Assembly: GCF_002893765.1 (NCBI RefSeq)
Contig: NZ_CP025938.1
Span: 1,822,673 to 1,886,672, forward strand
Direction: 5' to 3'
Source of the DNA: Pseudotamlana carrageenivorans
GTDB lineage: Bacteria > Bacteroidota > Bacteroidia > Flavobacteriales > Flavobacteriaceae
Length of the DNA: 64,000 nt
Under the pieces are notes generated by a model. The model was not told the DNA's origin, did not search any database, and was given only the letters and a program-made list of their open reading frames with translations. Below, piece after piece: positions 49,911 through 61,660 of the stretch; position 1 is the first letter of the stretch, and the number at the start of each line of letters is the position of its first letter. The position numbers and the translations under genes were made by a program.

Positions 49911-52900
49911 TTAAAAGTTGAAGTTGATACCGAACATGTACGACGAAGAAATTGGTCCTGTGTTTTTGTCTAGACCTCTTGCAGCAATACCTCCACCTAC
50001 TTCTGGGTTATAACCAGAGTATTTCGTAATCGTTAATGGGTTTTGTGATCTTACGTAAAAACGTAATCTATTAAAGCCCCATCGCTCTACTGTTTTTTTA
50101 GGAATACTGTATCCTAAAGAAACTTGTCTTAATCTTAAGTATGATCCGTCTTCTAGCCATAAATCGCTATATCCTAGGTAGTTTTGGTGTCTTCTCATAT
50201 CGTCACGGTAAGCTGGAATAGGAGAGTTCGGGTTATTTTCAGACCACTGGTAGATTAAATCCTTATGACGTCCAAATCCATAAGCCCAAGCATCAAATCC
50301 ATTCATGATTTCTTGTCCTAGTGCTGCATACCAGTTCATAGAAAAATCGAAGCTCTTCCAGTTTGCGTTAAATGTGTATCCTATTTCGTAATCTGGCATT
50401 CCGCTACCGCTATAAACACGGTCGTTAACATCTAGCACGCCATCGCCATTTTGATCGATAAACCTAGTGTCTCCCATACGAGCATTGTTGTCAATTTTTT
50501 GGTATTCGGCTAGTTTCTCTTCGGTATCAATAATACCATCGGTTCTCCATAAAAAGAAAGACGCTACTTCATGACCTACTGCTAACGCTGTTACACGAGA
50601 TTGCTGAGGTGCTCGCCCTACAAGTCCAAAATCGTTTGTTAATAAGAAGTCTGTACCTCCATTAATTTTAGTGATTTCATTTTGGTTGGTGGCAAAAGTA
50701 CCATTCATTCTAAAGTTAACTTTTCCAATTTTTCCACGGTATCCAATGGCTAGTTCGGCACCACTATTGGTCATGTTTCCTACGTTAAGGATAACACTAG
50801 CATTATTTCCCCCTCCAGCTGATGGCGGTATAAAAACTGGGAAAAGCATATCGGTTTTATCAGCGTGATAATATTCGGCAGATAGGGTGATTTTGTTTTG
50901 TAAGAAGCCCATATCTATACCAACGTTTCTCTGTACAGTAGACTCCCATTGTAATACACGGTTAACAAAATCTTGCTGTGTAGCACCTAATTTTAACGAT
51001 CCGTTGGCAGCCGCGTAATTCACGTCTTGAACAATACCTGCAGCGAATTGGTAGTCTGGAATTCTATCGACACCTACGGTTCCTTGACTGGCTCTAAGTC
51101 TTAGGTTGTTAACAACGTTTTTATTCCAGAACTCTTCATCCGATACGTTCCAGGCAAGGGCTATAGAAGGGAAGGTACCCCAGTGGTTAAAGCCAGGGAA
51201 TTTTGATGATCCATCACGACGTATACTAGAGCTTAAAATGTATTTTCCTTTGTAATTGTACTGCACTCTACCCATAATACCAATACGTGTAGTCGTGTAA
51301 TCGAATCCAGAAGTGGCACTTTGAGTTCCTGTAGCAGAATTTATAACCTCACCTTCAGGATTGGTAGCACCGTTTCGTCTGCCAGTAAAGGCTTCGCTTT
51401 GGTTTTTCTCACCGGTTCCAAAAAGGGTAAAGGTTACGTTGTGATCGTCTGCAATCGTTTTTTCATAAGTTGCACCAAACTCAGTAAGGATATTTGTTGT
51501 GGTTCGTGCTCGGTTTTCAATGTAACTATCTTCTGGTTGACTTTGTAAACGAGGCGGTGTTTGGTTGTTATAAATCTCTTGGTACGGACTAATAATTTTA
51601 CCGTATTCATTTATGCTGGTAAGTCCTAAATTACTGGTTAAGGTTAAGCCATCAAAAAGTTTATAGCTTAAGTTAAGGCTGGCATTAGAACGGTTGGTTT
51701 TTAAAACATTCGTAGTTCTTAAACTTTCAATAACCCATCCTAATCGGTTTACATCGTCACCACCTTGCGATAAATCATCAAAACTATCTAAGTTAATACC
51801 ATTTTGAGTTGGTCTGTAAACAATAGACTGCGATAAAAGCATTTGCTGAGGAATTTCGCGTTGCTCTTTATTCATGGCTAAACTGGTCTGTATACGTAGT
51901 TTGTTTTTTTCGTAAACCGTGTTTGCTCTTACATTAAAACGGTTAAATCCCGAGTTAATTTGTAAACCTTCTTGATCAAATAGCCCTAAAGCAACATTGT
52001 AGGTTATATCTTCGGTTCCACCTGCAATATTGATGTTGTAGTTTTGAGTGGGAACATTGTTGTTGAATATTAAATCGTTTAAGTTGGTTTCGTTTTGAAA
52101 CTGATTAGTTTGTTGTAAAACTTGTAAACTTACCTGGTCATCAAAACTTCCGTTTACATTTCTACTTTGTACCACGTCAAAATAAGTTTGCTCTACAGAA
52201 TTCATTAGAGGTACAGCGGCACTACGGTGTTGTACGGCGTAACTACCGTTTAGGCTTACCTCTAGAGTTCCTGGTTTACCTTGTTTGGTAGTTATTAAGA
52301 TAACTCCTGTTGCACCACGAACCCCGTATATTGCAGTAGAAGCAGCATCCTTTAAAACGGTAAGACTCTCAATATCACTTGGTGGTATTCTTGGGTCGCC
52401 ATCTTGAATGATACCATCCACAACAAATAGCGGGGTGTTATCTCCAGATAGGGAAGTAATACCTCTAATTAAGATTTCAGAATCTGCTCCAGGTTCCGAT
52501 GAGGATACGATGTTAACACCAGCCACTTGACCTTGTAATGCTGTTCCTAAATCGGGGGTTAAAATACTTTCAATCTCTTCAGAATCTACAGTGGCTACGG
52601 CACCCGTAACTTCTTTCTTTTTGACAGCACCGTATCCAATAACGACCACTTCATCTAAATCGACTAGACTTTCTTTCATTTCAACATCAATAGTGGCGTT
52701 CTTGATGACTGCCGAATGTTCTTGAAATCCGATGTAGGTAAATACAAGGGTTTCTCCTTTAGAAGCGTCAAGCGCATATCTTCCATCAAAATCAGTTACA
52801 GATCCACGGGTGGTTCCTTTAACGAGAATGCTAACTCCAGGAAGCGGTATGCCGTCTTCTTCAGTAACAGTTCCGCTAACTGTAATTTTTTGGTTTTGGG

Positions 52901-52987
52901 CATAGAGTATGCTATGCGAAATAAAAAACAAAATAAGCAAGCACTTATTCCATGATGTTTTAAATCCTGTTGTTTTTTTAAGTTCAT
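49911..52987 (-). CDS. susC: SusC/RagA-family TonB-dependent transporter; N-terminal signal is restored only if the T7/A7 tract at 52973-52979 is 8 nt long
   Basis: Carboxypeptidase-regulatory-like N-terminal domain, TonB box (DEVVVIGYG), plug and barrel, ending …FGINFNF. The listed ORF uses a TTG start at 52940; the frame with MNLKK(TTGFKTSWNKCLLILFF…) needs one extra A. Confidence 0.8.
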
Positions 52988-53360
52988 TTGTTTAATTTTA
53001 ATTGGCAAATATTTATGAATATTTTGGGTCATACCTTTACAAAAAATCAGTATTAATATTCGTAGAGTCAAAATTATTGGAATAGTGCCTATGTAAATCG
53101 GTAATATTTACCCTTAACTTAGCCAATATTACCTCCTTTAACTGTTTGTTAACGTTTTCATGATAAGAAGTCTAAAAGACGACTTTTAAGATACTAATTA
53201 TTCTTATTAAATGAATTGAGAATTATGACTTAGGAGGTTTGAAAAAGTAAGATTATAATTGCTATGGAAATGACAAAATGATTAAAAAAGCGCCTCATAG
53301 CCGAAATTAATATTCGAACCATGAAGCGCCTTTAAGAAAAGTACGATTATAAAGATCGTT

Positions 53361-53723
53361 TTATTTTACATTTTTTAATTCTATGCGCATACGGTTTAAA
53401 AAAGGTTGAATTTCACTAAAAGGCCGATCAATAATATCAGATAAAGCATCATAGTATTTCTTGTTTGCCGCCAGGTTACGCTCATTTTTTCCGTCTTCGG
53501 TAATTAAAAACTTCTTTTGCCGCTGTGCTGTTTCCATATAAGTTTCTGCCATTTCGGTTCTGGCATTAGCAATTTTTCGTTGTTGCCTCTTATTTAAATC
53601 AAACTCCTGAGTAGCTGCTCTAATAAAGTAGTTGGTTAACCGGTCTTGGTAATTTTCTTGTGCATAGCTTGATATACAAAAGACTGCAAAAGTTAGGGTT
53701 AAAAGTAGTTTTTTCATGATCAT
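53361..53723 (-). CDS. Hypothetical periplasmic protein
   Basis: 120 aa with a signal peptide and no recognised motif. Confidence 0.3.
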   Translation of the reverse strand: MIMKKLLLTLTFAVFCISSYAQENYQDRLTNYFIRAATQEFDLNKRQQRKIANARTEMAETYMETAQRQKKFLITEDGKNERNLAANKKYYDALSDIIDRPFSEIQPFLNRMRIELKNVK

Positions 53724-53747
53724 TTAATTTTAGGGATTATTCTGTAT

Positions 53748-54773
53748 TTATTTTTTTTGCCAGACTCTAACGTATTCAACCTCGAAGTCTATAACGCCGT
53801 CATCTTTTTTGTTTTCAGGACTATGGGCTTCAAGTTGAGCTTTCGTTTTTGGAATATCATGCCAAGGGAAAATTTCCATGTCTAACCATAGGTTTATCGG
53901 TTTTGTGGCTACATAGCCATTATAGTCTTCTGGGAGTGGTTTTTCGGTACGATTTTCTTTGGCCCAAGCGGTAACTTCTTCTGCGGTTACTTCAGAGAAA
54001 AGTTTGCCGTCAATAAAGTATTTTACACCTTTTTCGCTCCATTCGATGCCCCAAATATGCCAGTCATCTGCAATTCTAAATCCAACGTCTTTTTTTTCGG
54101 TATAAGTAGGCTTTCCTCTTAAATTTTTCCAATCTCTAATGGACCACCAAAGTTGGTTGTCTAGGTGTTTTTTGTTGGGGTTAATGGTGCCTCCGTAAGT
54201 TTCGTAAAAGTCGAATTCAAGGTTGTTGCCTGTAGCCCAAAATGCGCTAGAAACTGGAGCGTTGGCTGCTTTGCTTTTAATTTCGATATAACCGTATTTA
54301 AAGTCTTTTCGACCTATAATACAAGGTGTTGTGATGTTTTCATAGGGCAAGGCTTCTCCAAAAACAGGAGTAACTATATCTTCACTAAAAGGGAAATCGG
54401 GTTCCCAGCGTGCTTCTAATATGAGTTTGCCGTTTTCTAGACGGTAGTTTCTTCCTGAAAACTGTGAAGGAGCGCGCCCTTTCCATACTTTTTTGTTGGG
54501 TTTGTCGGGGTGTTTGTAAACAGGTTTCCCATTTTCAAATTTACCTACGATATACCATTTTTCTTCATCGATTTCTTGGGTGTCAAACTCATCACTCACC
54601 TCCGTGCTTAACCTCCAGTCACCACGGTTTTTTGGGTCTGAAAAAGGCACTACCTGCGCTTTCGTTTTTTGAGTTTGATGAGCAGATTTTTGCCCGTTAC
54701 ATGCTATAGTCAAGCATGCTAAAAGTATTATAGTGGTGTAAAACGTGTATGTTTTCATTTTTTTAGAGTTCAA
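53748..54773 (-). CDS. Glycoside hydrolase family 16 lipoprotein
   Basis: Lipoprotein signal (…IACNGQ) and GH16 ExDxxE motif EFDFYE; …WHIWGIEWSEKGVKYFIDG… matches a beta-jelly-roll fold. Confidence 0.6.
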   Translation of the reverse strand: MNSKKMKTYTFYTTIILLACLTIACNGQKSAHQTQKTKAQVVPFSDPKNRGDWRLSTEVSDEFDTQEIDEEKWYIVGKFENGKPVYKHPDKPNKKVWKGRAPSQFSGRNYRLENGKLILEARWEPDFPFSEDIVTPVFGEALPYENITTPCIIGRKDFKYGYIEIKSKAANAPVSSAFWATGNNLEFDFYETYGGTINPNKKHLDNQLWWSIRDWKNLRGKPTYTEKKDVGFRIADDWHIWGIEWSEKGVKYFIDGKLFSEVTAEEVTAWAKENRTEKPLPEDYNGYVATKPINLWLDMEIFPWHDIPKTKAQLEAHSPENKKDDGVIDFEVEYVRVWQKK

Positions 54774-54998
54774 GTTCGCTTGGTAAGTGCAAAATAAAAG
54801 GAAAAATGAAGTGATGTATTCATAAGAATTACCAACTAATAAATAAAAATTACCATGCTATGCGTGATAAGGTAAAAAACTGCAATTAATGGGTAAATAA
54901 AGGTAAGATTAAAAGCGCGCCTTCCTGTTGCTTTGTGAATTGGATGCGGTTTGAATTAAAAGTCGAACTGTGGATGCAATTAATTAACAAAGAAATTT

Positions 54999-55676
54999 AT
55001 GGAACCAATACCTCAAAGTGCTATGGCACCAGAAATCATTAAAAAAATAGATGACTCTGGTATCATTGCGGTTTTAATCATTGATGAAGTCAAACACGCT
55101 GTGCCCGTGGCAAAAGCCTTATTAAAGGGTGGCGTTAGTGCAATAGAATTAACATTACGAACTCCGGCAGCTATTGAAGCAGCTAAGGTTATTAAAAAAG
55201 AAGTACCAGAAATAACTTTAGGTTTTGGTACGGTACTAACTGTTGAACAAGTAAAGGCTGTTGTTGAGGCTGGAGCCGATTTTGCTGTAGCGCCTGGTTG
55301 CAACCCTGCTGTAATTGCCGAAGCTAAGAAATTAGGATTGTCATTTGCGCCTGGAATTATGACACCAACCGATATTGAATTTGCCATAGAACAAGGCTGT
55401 CGTGTTATTAAATACTTCCCAGCCGAAACCTCAGGAGGTATGGAGCATTTAAAAAATATGGTGGCGCCTTATCAATATTTAGGTTTAAAATTCATCCCAC
55501 TTGGTGGCTGCAATATCGAAAATGCAGGCAGTTATTTGGAATCCGATTTAATAACAGCCATTGGAGGTTCATGGGTCGCAAAGCGACCTTTAATACAGTC
55601 GGAAGATTGGGGTACTATTACAAAAAACGCCCAAGAAATCACCGATTTAATAGCTAAAATAAAATCAAAACGTTAA
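54999..55676 (+). CDS. eda: KDPG/KHG-type (Eda-family) aldolase (candidate 2-keto-3-deoxy-6-phosphogalactonate aldolase, DauD-like)
   Basis: Class-I aldolase TIM-barrel pattern (…VSAIELTLRTPAA…GFGTVLT…GADFAVAPG…IKYFPAE…). Confidence 0.8.
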   Translation: MEPIPQSAMAPEIIKKIDDSGIIAVLIIDEVKHAVPVAKALLKGGVSAIELTLRTPAAIEAAKVIKKEVPEITLGFGTVLTVEQVKAVVEAGADFAVAPGCNPAVIAEAKKLGLSFAPGIMTPTDIEFAIEQGCRVIKYFPAETSGGMEHLKNMVAPYQYLGLKFIPLGGCNIENAGSYLESDLITAIGGSWVAKRPLIQSEDWGTITKNAQEITDLIAKIKSKR

Positions 55677-55727
55677 TAAAACGAATTTAGAATAAGACTC
55701 TAAATTCACAAAAATATATTTAAGAAG

Positions 55728-56816
55728 ATGAAAAAGGTAGTAACATTTGGAGAAATTATGGGGCGTCTTGCTGCTCCAGCAAATTTACGTTTACGTCAAA
55801 CTCGAAATTTAGAAGTAACCTATGCTGGTGCTGAAGCTAGTGTGGCAGCTTCCATTTGTAATTTTGGTGGTGAAGCGCGCTATGTTACGGCTTTGCCAAA
55901 ACATGCCTTGGCTGAAGCTACTTTAGATGCTGTACGTAGTGTGGGTGTTGATACGCAATACGTATTACGAACCGATGAAGGACGACTTGGTTTGTATTTT
56001 TTAGAAACAGGAGCGAATCAACGTCCAAGTAACGTGATTTATGATCGTGCCGATTCTGCGGTAGCGATTACTACACCAGATCAATATGATTGGACGGCTA
56101 TTTTTAAAGATGCGCAATGGTTGCATTTAAGTGGTATTACACCAGCACTTTCTAAAACCTCTGCTGAAGCTACTTTGGTAGCGGCTCAAAAAGCTAAAGA
56201 GGCTGGAGCCATGGTTTCTATCGATTTAAATTTTAGAGGAAAATTATGGAAATGGGATTCTAATAAATCTTCAAAAGAGCTGGCTCAAGAAACCATGCGA
56301 ACCATTTTGCCATTTATTGATGTGGTGATAGGAAATGAAGAAGATTGTCATGATGTTTTAGGAATTCAAGCTGGTGAGACAAATGTACATTCTGGCGAAT
56401 TGGATATCGAGCGCTATCCTGATGTAGCCCGTCAAGTGGTACAGCAATTTCCTAATGTGAGTAAAGTGGCTATTACACTGCGCGAAAGTTTATCGGCAAG
56501 TCATAACAATTGGGGAGCCATGCTTTATGATGCGAAATTGGATAAGCCATTTTTTGCTCCTTTAGATGAGCAGGGCGATTATAAATCATTCCAAATTAAA
56601 AATATAGTAGACCGTGTTGGTGGTGGCGATTCTTTTGCTGGCGGATTAATATTTGCTTTAACAACACCAGCCCTTAGTGAACCATCAATAGCGGTAAAAT
56701 ATGCTGTGGCGGCATCGTGTTTAAAACACTCCATAAAGGGAGATTTTAATTACTCAACTCGTGCGGAAGTAGAAGCCTTAATGGGCGGGTCGGCCTCGGG
56801 TAGAGTTGTGCGGTAA
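55728..56816 (+). CDS. kdgK: PfkB-family sugar-acid kinase (KdgK-like; candidate 2-keto-3-deoxygalactonate kinase, DauC-like)
   Basis: PfkB signatures GEIMGRL…G…GG and …DRVGGGDSFAGGLIFAL. Confidence 0.75.
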   Translation: MKKVVTFGEIMGRLAAPANLRLRQTRNLEVTYAGAEASVAASICNFGGEARYVTALPKHALAEATLDAVRSVGVDTQYVLRTDEGRLGLYFLETGANQRPSNVIYDRADSAVAITTPDQYDWTAIFKDAQWLHLSGITPALSKTSAEATLVAAQKAKEAGAMVSIDLNFRGKLWKWDSNKSSKELAQETMRTILPFIDVVIGNEEDCHDVLGIQAGETNVHSGELDIERYPDVARQVVQQFPNVSKVAITLRESLSASHNNWGAMLYDAKLDKPFFAPLDEQGDYKSFQIKNIVDRVGGGDSFAGGLIFALTTPALSEPSIAVKYAVAASCLKHSIKGDFNYSTRAEVEALMGGSASGRVVR

Positions 56817-56924
56817 TATTGTTAATTATTTAGTGGTTAAGTGAAATTCGGGGTTTTAATTGTTATATTAACTTTTTACTATGCCTATTGTTGTGATTTT
56901 TTAAAAATAATTATCTTTGAATTA

Positions 56925-57782
56925 ATGAAACTAGTTTTAAAAAAATCGAATGAAACCTTATCAAAGAAATTGAATGTTTCTAGAAGAGACATTCCATGCT
57001 TTGATATAGCTTGGCATTATCACCCCGAATTTGAATTAATCTACATCACTAAAAGTAACGGCCTTCGCTTTGTTGGCGACAGCGTTTCTCCTTTTTATCC
57101 TGGCGATTTGGTTTTAGTAGGCGCTTATTTGCCACACCTATGGCGTAATGATGCTTCGTATTATGAAGAAGGTAGTGAAGAACATGTTGAAACCATTATT
57201 ACCAAGTTTAAAAAGGATTTTTTAGGACCAGAGTTTTTTCAAATTCCAGAGTTTAACGAGATTAATAAAATGCTGGGTGAATCTAAATTCGGAATCTGTT
57301 TTGGTAAATCGGTGAGTGAAAAACTTCATGATGAGCTCGTTAATTTACCCAGTTTAACGCCTGTTGAACAACACATTCAATTACTGTCCATATTACAAAA
57401 ACTGTCGCGAACTAAGGATATTACGATTTTGTCCTCTTCTGATATGCGACAATCTACTACCGAAAGTTCAGAACGTATAGATAATGTACTTCGTTTTATT
57501 TCTGATAAATATGCAACGAATATTGGTTTGAATGACGTGGCTGATGTGGCCTGTATGACGACCAATTCATTTTGCCGATTTTTTAAGAAAACTACCAACA
57601 AGTCTTTTACCCAATTTTTAAACGAAGTGCGTATAAGAAATGCTTCTAGATTATTGGTTCAAGAAGATACTTCGGTTTCCTCGGTGTGCTATGCCGTAGG
57701 ATATAATTCCATTACTAATTTCAATAAGCAGTTTAAACAAATTATGGGTGTTACGCCTAAAGCATTTCGTGACGAAATATAA
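56925..57782 (+). CDS. AraC-family transcriptional regulator (cupin N-terminal domain + HTH_18); start at the internal Met, the listed ORF is open from 56841
   Basis: C-terminal double HTH …IGLNDVADVACMTTNSFCRFFKKTTNKSFTQFLNEVRIRNASRLL…; the position matches the AraC regulator CgrA of the carrageenan regulon. Confidence 0.75.
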   Translation: MKLVLKKSNETLSKKLNVSRRDIPCFDIAWHYHPEFELIYITKSNGLRFVGDSVSPFYPGDLVLVGAYLPHLWRNDASYYEEGSEEHVETIITKFKKDFLGPEFFQIPEFNEINKMLGESKFGICFGKSVSEKLHDELVNLPSLTPVEQHIQLLSILQKLSRTKDITILSSSDMRQSTTESSERIDNVLRFISDKYATNIGLNDVADVACMTTNSFCRFFKKTTNKSFTQFLNEVRIRNASRLLVQEDTSVSSVCYAVGYNSITNFNKQFKQIMGVTPKAFRDEI

Positions 57783-58463
57783 CGCGAAAACCGCTTGAAT
57801 GTAAAATTATAATTTTGAAACTCTACAGCGACCTTGTATGTAGAAGAGACTCAATTATTCATTTGGTGAATTCAAATTTTCAGCCAAATGCTTCTTCCTC
57901 TGTCTTTGGTTCTATATACTAAAACAAAAATTCCAATAAATACTTTTTTAGATTTTTCAGCTTTAAGCTACAAACATTCGTGTGATTAGTAGGGTTGTGT
58001 GGGGGTTTAGTGATTTGTTTTTCAGTATTATACGGTGCTCGAGTCCGTTTTGAGTCTTTTTAATGTGTCGAGGAATCACCTTGTGATTTAGTGTTTTAAG
58101 GAGTCTGTATATGTTTTCTTAAAAAGAAGATAAAATAGAGTTAGTGTGAGGTAATTTATTGAGATTTAACAAGAAATTAACTTCATTCCTTTGTAAAGGA
58201 CATAAAAAAGGCTGCTGGTTATTGAACTCAATTTAACACCATATTCCATATTTCTACACTTAAATATATAAACATGGAGTTGCCTTTTTTTTAACTGCAT
58301 TATATAAAAATGACAGTAGGAAATCACTCTTTTAAATCATTCTAATTCTAACTATTAATAGCTATGCCAATGGAGTAAAAACCACAAACCAATTATATTA
58401 ACTAAAACAACATATCCTTTTTATAGGATAACAAAAACAACTTAAACTAAATTTAAAAGAATC

Positions 58464-61400
58464 ATGAAAATAAAACAAGTAAATATTGAGTTTACAGAGT
58501 TTTCTGTGTTCAGGAAATTTTGGACTTGGAATTTATTGCTACTATGCATATTTGCTGTGCCAAGCAAGATGTTTGCTAGCAATACAACCACAACGCTAGC
58601 GTCTTTACAACAAACACATACGGTAACTGGTAAAGTGTCGGATGCCGATGGGGTGCTCCTAGGGGTTACAATACTTGTGAAAAATACCACAAGAGGTGCT
58701 GTAACCGATTTTGATGGTGGTTTTACCATTGAAGCTAGTTCTGGAGAAACTTTAGTGTTTTCGTATTTAGGATACATAACTAAAGAAATTAAAATCACAG
58801 AGGAAACAAAAAATTTAAATGTCGTTCTAGAGTCTGATGTGTCTGGATTAGATGAAGTCGTAGTCGTAGGGTATACCACAAGAAAACGTGGGGAATTAAC
58901 AGGGTCGGTAAGTACCTTAAACTCTGGTGAGGTGGAGAATACCACAAATAGAGATGTGGCAAAATCACTATCAGGAAAAGTGTCTGGTTTAATCGTTTCC
59001 GACAGAGGTGGTTATCCTGGTTCTAACGATGATATAACCATGTTAATTCGTGGTCAAGCAACATTAGGAAATAATGCGCCGTTAATTTTAATTGATGGTA
59101 TCGTGGCTGGACAAGGGTCATTTTCGCAATTAGCACCTCAAGACATTGAGTCATTAAGTATATTAAAAGATGGTGCAGCAGCTATATATGGTGCTCGTGC
59201 CGCGAATGGGGTTATTTTAGTAACGACCAAAAGAGGTAAAATAGGTAAGCCAAAAGTTAACTTTTCAACAGCATATAGTGTGGCTCAATTGTCTTCTCAA
59301 CCTAGATTAATGACCTCCGAGCAATTCGCTATTTACAGAAACGAAGTAGCTGATAGAAATGGTACACCTTTACCATATACTCAAGATGATATTAATAAAT
59401 ACGCTGCGGGTAACGATCCTATAAACTACCCTAGTACCGATTGGTATGACCTCACTTTTGCCGATTCTGCACCCGAAATGAGAACATCGGTTTCTATTTC
59501 CGGTGGTAGCGAAAATGTGAAGTATTTTGTAAGTGGTGATAACTTGCAACGTGAAGGTATGTTCGCTTCTGGTGATTTAGATTTTAAACAAAATCAAGTA
59601 CGTTCTAATATAGATATTAATCTTTCCGATAACTTTAAAGTTGGCGTAGATTTAACCGGAAGATTTGGTAAAACCAATGAACCAGGTGTGGATGCTGGAT
59701 ATATTTATAAGCATATTTATACCAACTTACCAACAGAAGTAGGTGTTTATCCTAATGGACTTCCAGGATGGGGAGGTGAGAATGGGGGTAACCCATTAGT
59801 AATGTCTAGTAACGAATCTGGTTTTGTACGCAGAACAGATAATGATTTACGAGGTCGTTTTTCTTTTAACTGGGATTTAGATGATTTAATAACAGGGTTG
59901 AGCGTTAATGGTTATGCCGGTGTTCGTCGTATGAATAACGATGAGAAATCTTGGTACACGCCATGGACCGTTTATACCTACCAAGAAGGTACCGATACTT
60001 ATGTGCCATCTACTGGATTTTCGCAACGTGGAAACCAACGTATTTTACAAGAGTCGTTCTGGAAGTTTGATGAACTTTTATTAAACTCGACCATTAGATA
60101 TTCAAACACCTTTAATGATGCACATTCGGTTAGTGGTTTTGTTGGGTACGAGCAAATAACTTCCCAATCACGTAATTTTTGGGCAGAAAGAAGAGGGTTT
60201 CCTACTTCAGATCACTCCGAACTATTTGCAGGGAGTGACGAAGGGCAACAGTCTTATGGAACTTCACAAGAAGCTGCTACAGTGAGTTACTTTGGTTCGT
60301 TTTCTTACGATTTTAAAAAGAAGTATTTTATTGATTTTACCTTACGTCATGATGGTTCTAGTAATTTCAGTCCAAACAAGCGTTTTGGTACATTTCCAGG
60401 GGTTGCTGTGTCATGGGCGCTTAATGAAGAAGGTTTTTTGCAAAATGTTAATTGGATTAACGCTTTAAAAATACGTGGATCATGGGCTAAAATGGGTAAC
60501 GATCGTATTGCGCCATTTCAATATTTAACACGCTACAACTATGGAGGGCCTGTTAATGCGGCACAACCCAATTATTATGTTTTTGGAGAAACCGGTGTAA
60601 GTTATAATGGGTATACTAGTGCTAACGTACCTAACCCAGACGTAACTTGGGAAACCGCCTATATGAAAAACGTAGGTTTAAGTTTTTCTTTATTCAATAG
60701 TAAACTTTCGGGAGATTTTAATTACTTCCATCAAAAACGTGAAGGTATATTAGTTACTAGAGATGCCGCTATTCCTGATGCTGCTGGATTGATACTGCCA
60801 GATGAAAACATAGGAAAGGTTAATAATTTCGGTTATGAAATTGAAATGCAATGGCGAGATCAAATTGGTGCTGTAGATTATAATCTTGGTTTTAATTTTA
60901 CGCAAGCCAGAAATGAAGTGGTGTATTTAGCAGAAGCTGAAGATACTCCAGATGGACTAAAAAGAGAAGGTAACCCCATGAATTCTTATGTGGTTTATCC
61001 AACTAATGGGATTTTCCGTGATCAAGATCATGTAAATAATACAGCTGCGAAATTACCAGGTACTGTTGAAGGAGAGCCTGTGTATGTAGATACCAATGAG
61101 GATGGCGTAATTAGTTCCGCCGATAGAATTAGAACCTTTACATCTAATGTTCCAGAAATACAGTATGGTATTCATGGAGGTATACAGTATAAAAATGTCA
61201 ACTTCAATTTCTTGTTTCAAGGACAAGCTGAAGCAGAGATCTTAGTGTTTTTTGATCAAAATGGTGCAAATCCCGATTATCTTTTTAATGAAAGATGGAC
61301 ACCAGATAACAGAGATGCCCAGTACCCTAGAGCATTTGGGCAAGGCGATCCTTATAGTGGAAACCAATCTGATGACGTAGAGAATTTTGAAGGTGCCGAT

Positions 61401-61643
61401 TTCTGGCTTAAAGATGCTTCTTTTTTAAGACTTAAAGAAATAGAGCTCGGGTATACGCTAGGAAAGGATAAAATTAAAATTGGTGATATGAAATTATTTG
61501 TGCGTGGATTCAACCTGTTTACAATGTTTTCAGATATCTACGACATGGGCTTAGATCCAGAATCTACAGGTTATAACAACTTTAGAGGAGCGACTTATCC
61601 TTCTTTAAAATCTTTTACGTTTGGTGTAAACTTTAGTTTCTAA
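58464..61643 (+). CDS. susC: SusC/RagA-family TonB-dependent transporter (second pair)
   Basis: N-terminal extension and carboxypeptidase-regulatory-like domain, TonB box DEVVVVGYT, ending …FTFGVNFSF. A ~680-bp untranslated leader lies upstream. Confidence 0.85.
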   Translation: MKIKQVNIEFTEFSVFRKFWTWNLLLLCIFAVPSKMFASNTTTTLASLQQTHTVTGKVSDADGVLLGVTILVKNTTRGAVTDFDGGFTIEASSGETLVFSYLGYITKEIKITEETKNLNVVLESDVSGLDEVVVVGYTTRKRGELTGSVSTLNSGEVENTTNRDVAKSLSGKVSGLIVSDRGGYPGSNDDITMLIRGQATLGNNAPLILIDGIVAGQGSFSQLAPQDIESLSILKDGAAAIYGARAANGVILVTTKRGKIGKPKVNFSTAYSVAQLSSQPRLMTSEQFAIYRNEVADRNGTPLPYTQDDINKYAAGNDPINYPSTDWYDLTFADSAPEMRTSVSISGGSENVKYFVSGDNLQREGMFASGDLDFKQNQVRSNIDINLSDNFKVGVDLTGRFGKTNEPGVDAGYIYKHIYTNLPTEVGVYPNGLPGWGGENGGNPLVMSSNESGFVRRTDNDLRGRFSFNWDLDDLITGLSVNGYAGVRRMNNDEKSWYTPWTVYTYQEGTDTYVPSTGFSQRGNQRILQESFWKFDELLLNSTIRYSNTFNDAHSVSGFVGYEQITSQSRNFWAERRGFPTSDHSELFAGSDEGQQSYGTSQEAATVSYFGSFSYDFKKKYFIDFTLRHDGSSNFSPNKRFGTFPGVAVSWALNEEGFLQNVNWINALKIRGSWAKMGNDRIAPFQYLTRYNYGGPVNAAQPNYYVFGETGVSYNGYTSANVPNPDVTWETAYMKNVGLSFSLFNSKLSGDFNYFHQKREGILVTRDAAIPDAAGLILPDENIGKVNNFGYEIEMQWRDQIGAVDYNLGFNFTQARNEVVYLAEAEDTPDGLKREGNPMNSYVVYPTNGIFRDQDHVNNTAAKLPGTVEGEPVYVDTNEDGVISSADRIRTFTSNVPEIQYGIHGGIQYKNVNFNFLFQGQAEAEILVFFDQNGANPDYLFNERWTPDNRDAQYPRAFGQGDPYSGNQSDDVENFEGADFWLKDASFLRLKEIELGYTLGKDKIKIGDMKLFVRGFNLFTMFSDIYDMGLDPESTGYNNFRGATYPSLKSFTFGVNFSF

Positions 61644-61660
61644 TAAAAATAATAATCAAA

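Noticed and set aside
56841-56924. N-terminal 28 codons of the listed AraC ORF (MKFGVLIVILTFYYAYCCDFLKIIIFEL)
   Set aside because: The hydrophobic run-in is atypical for cytoplasmic AraC regulators; Met29 at 56925 begins the cupin domain.
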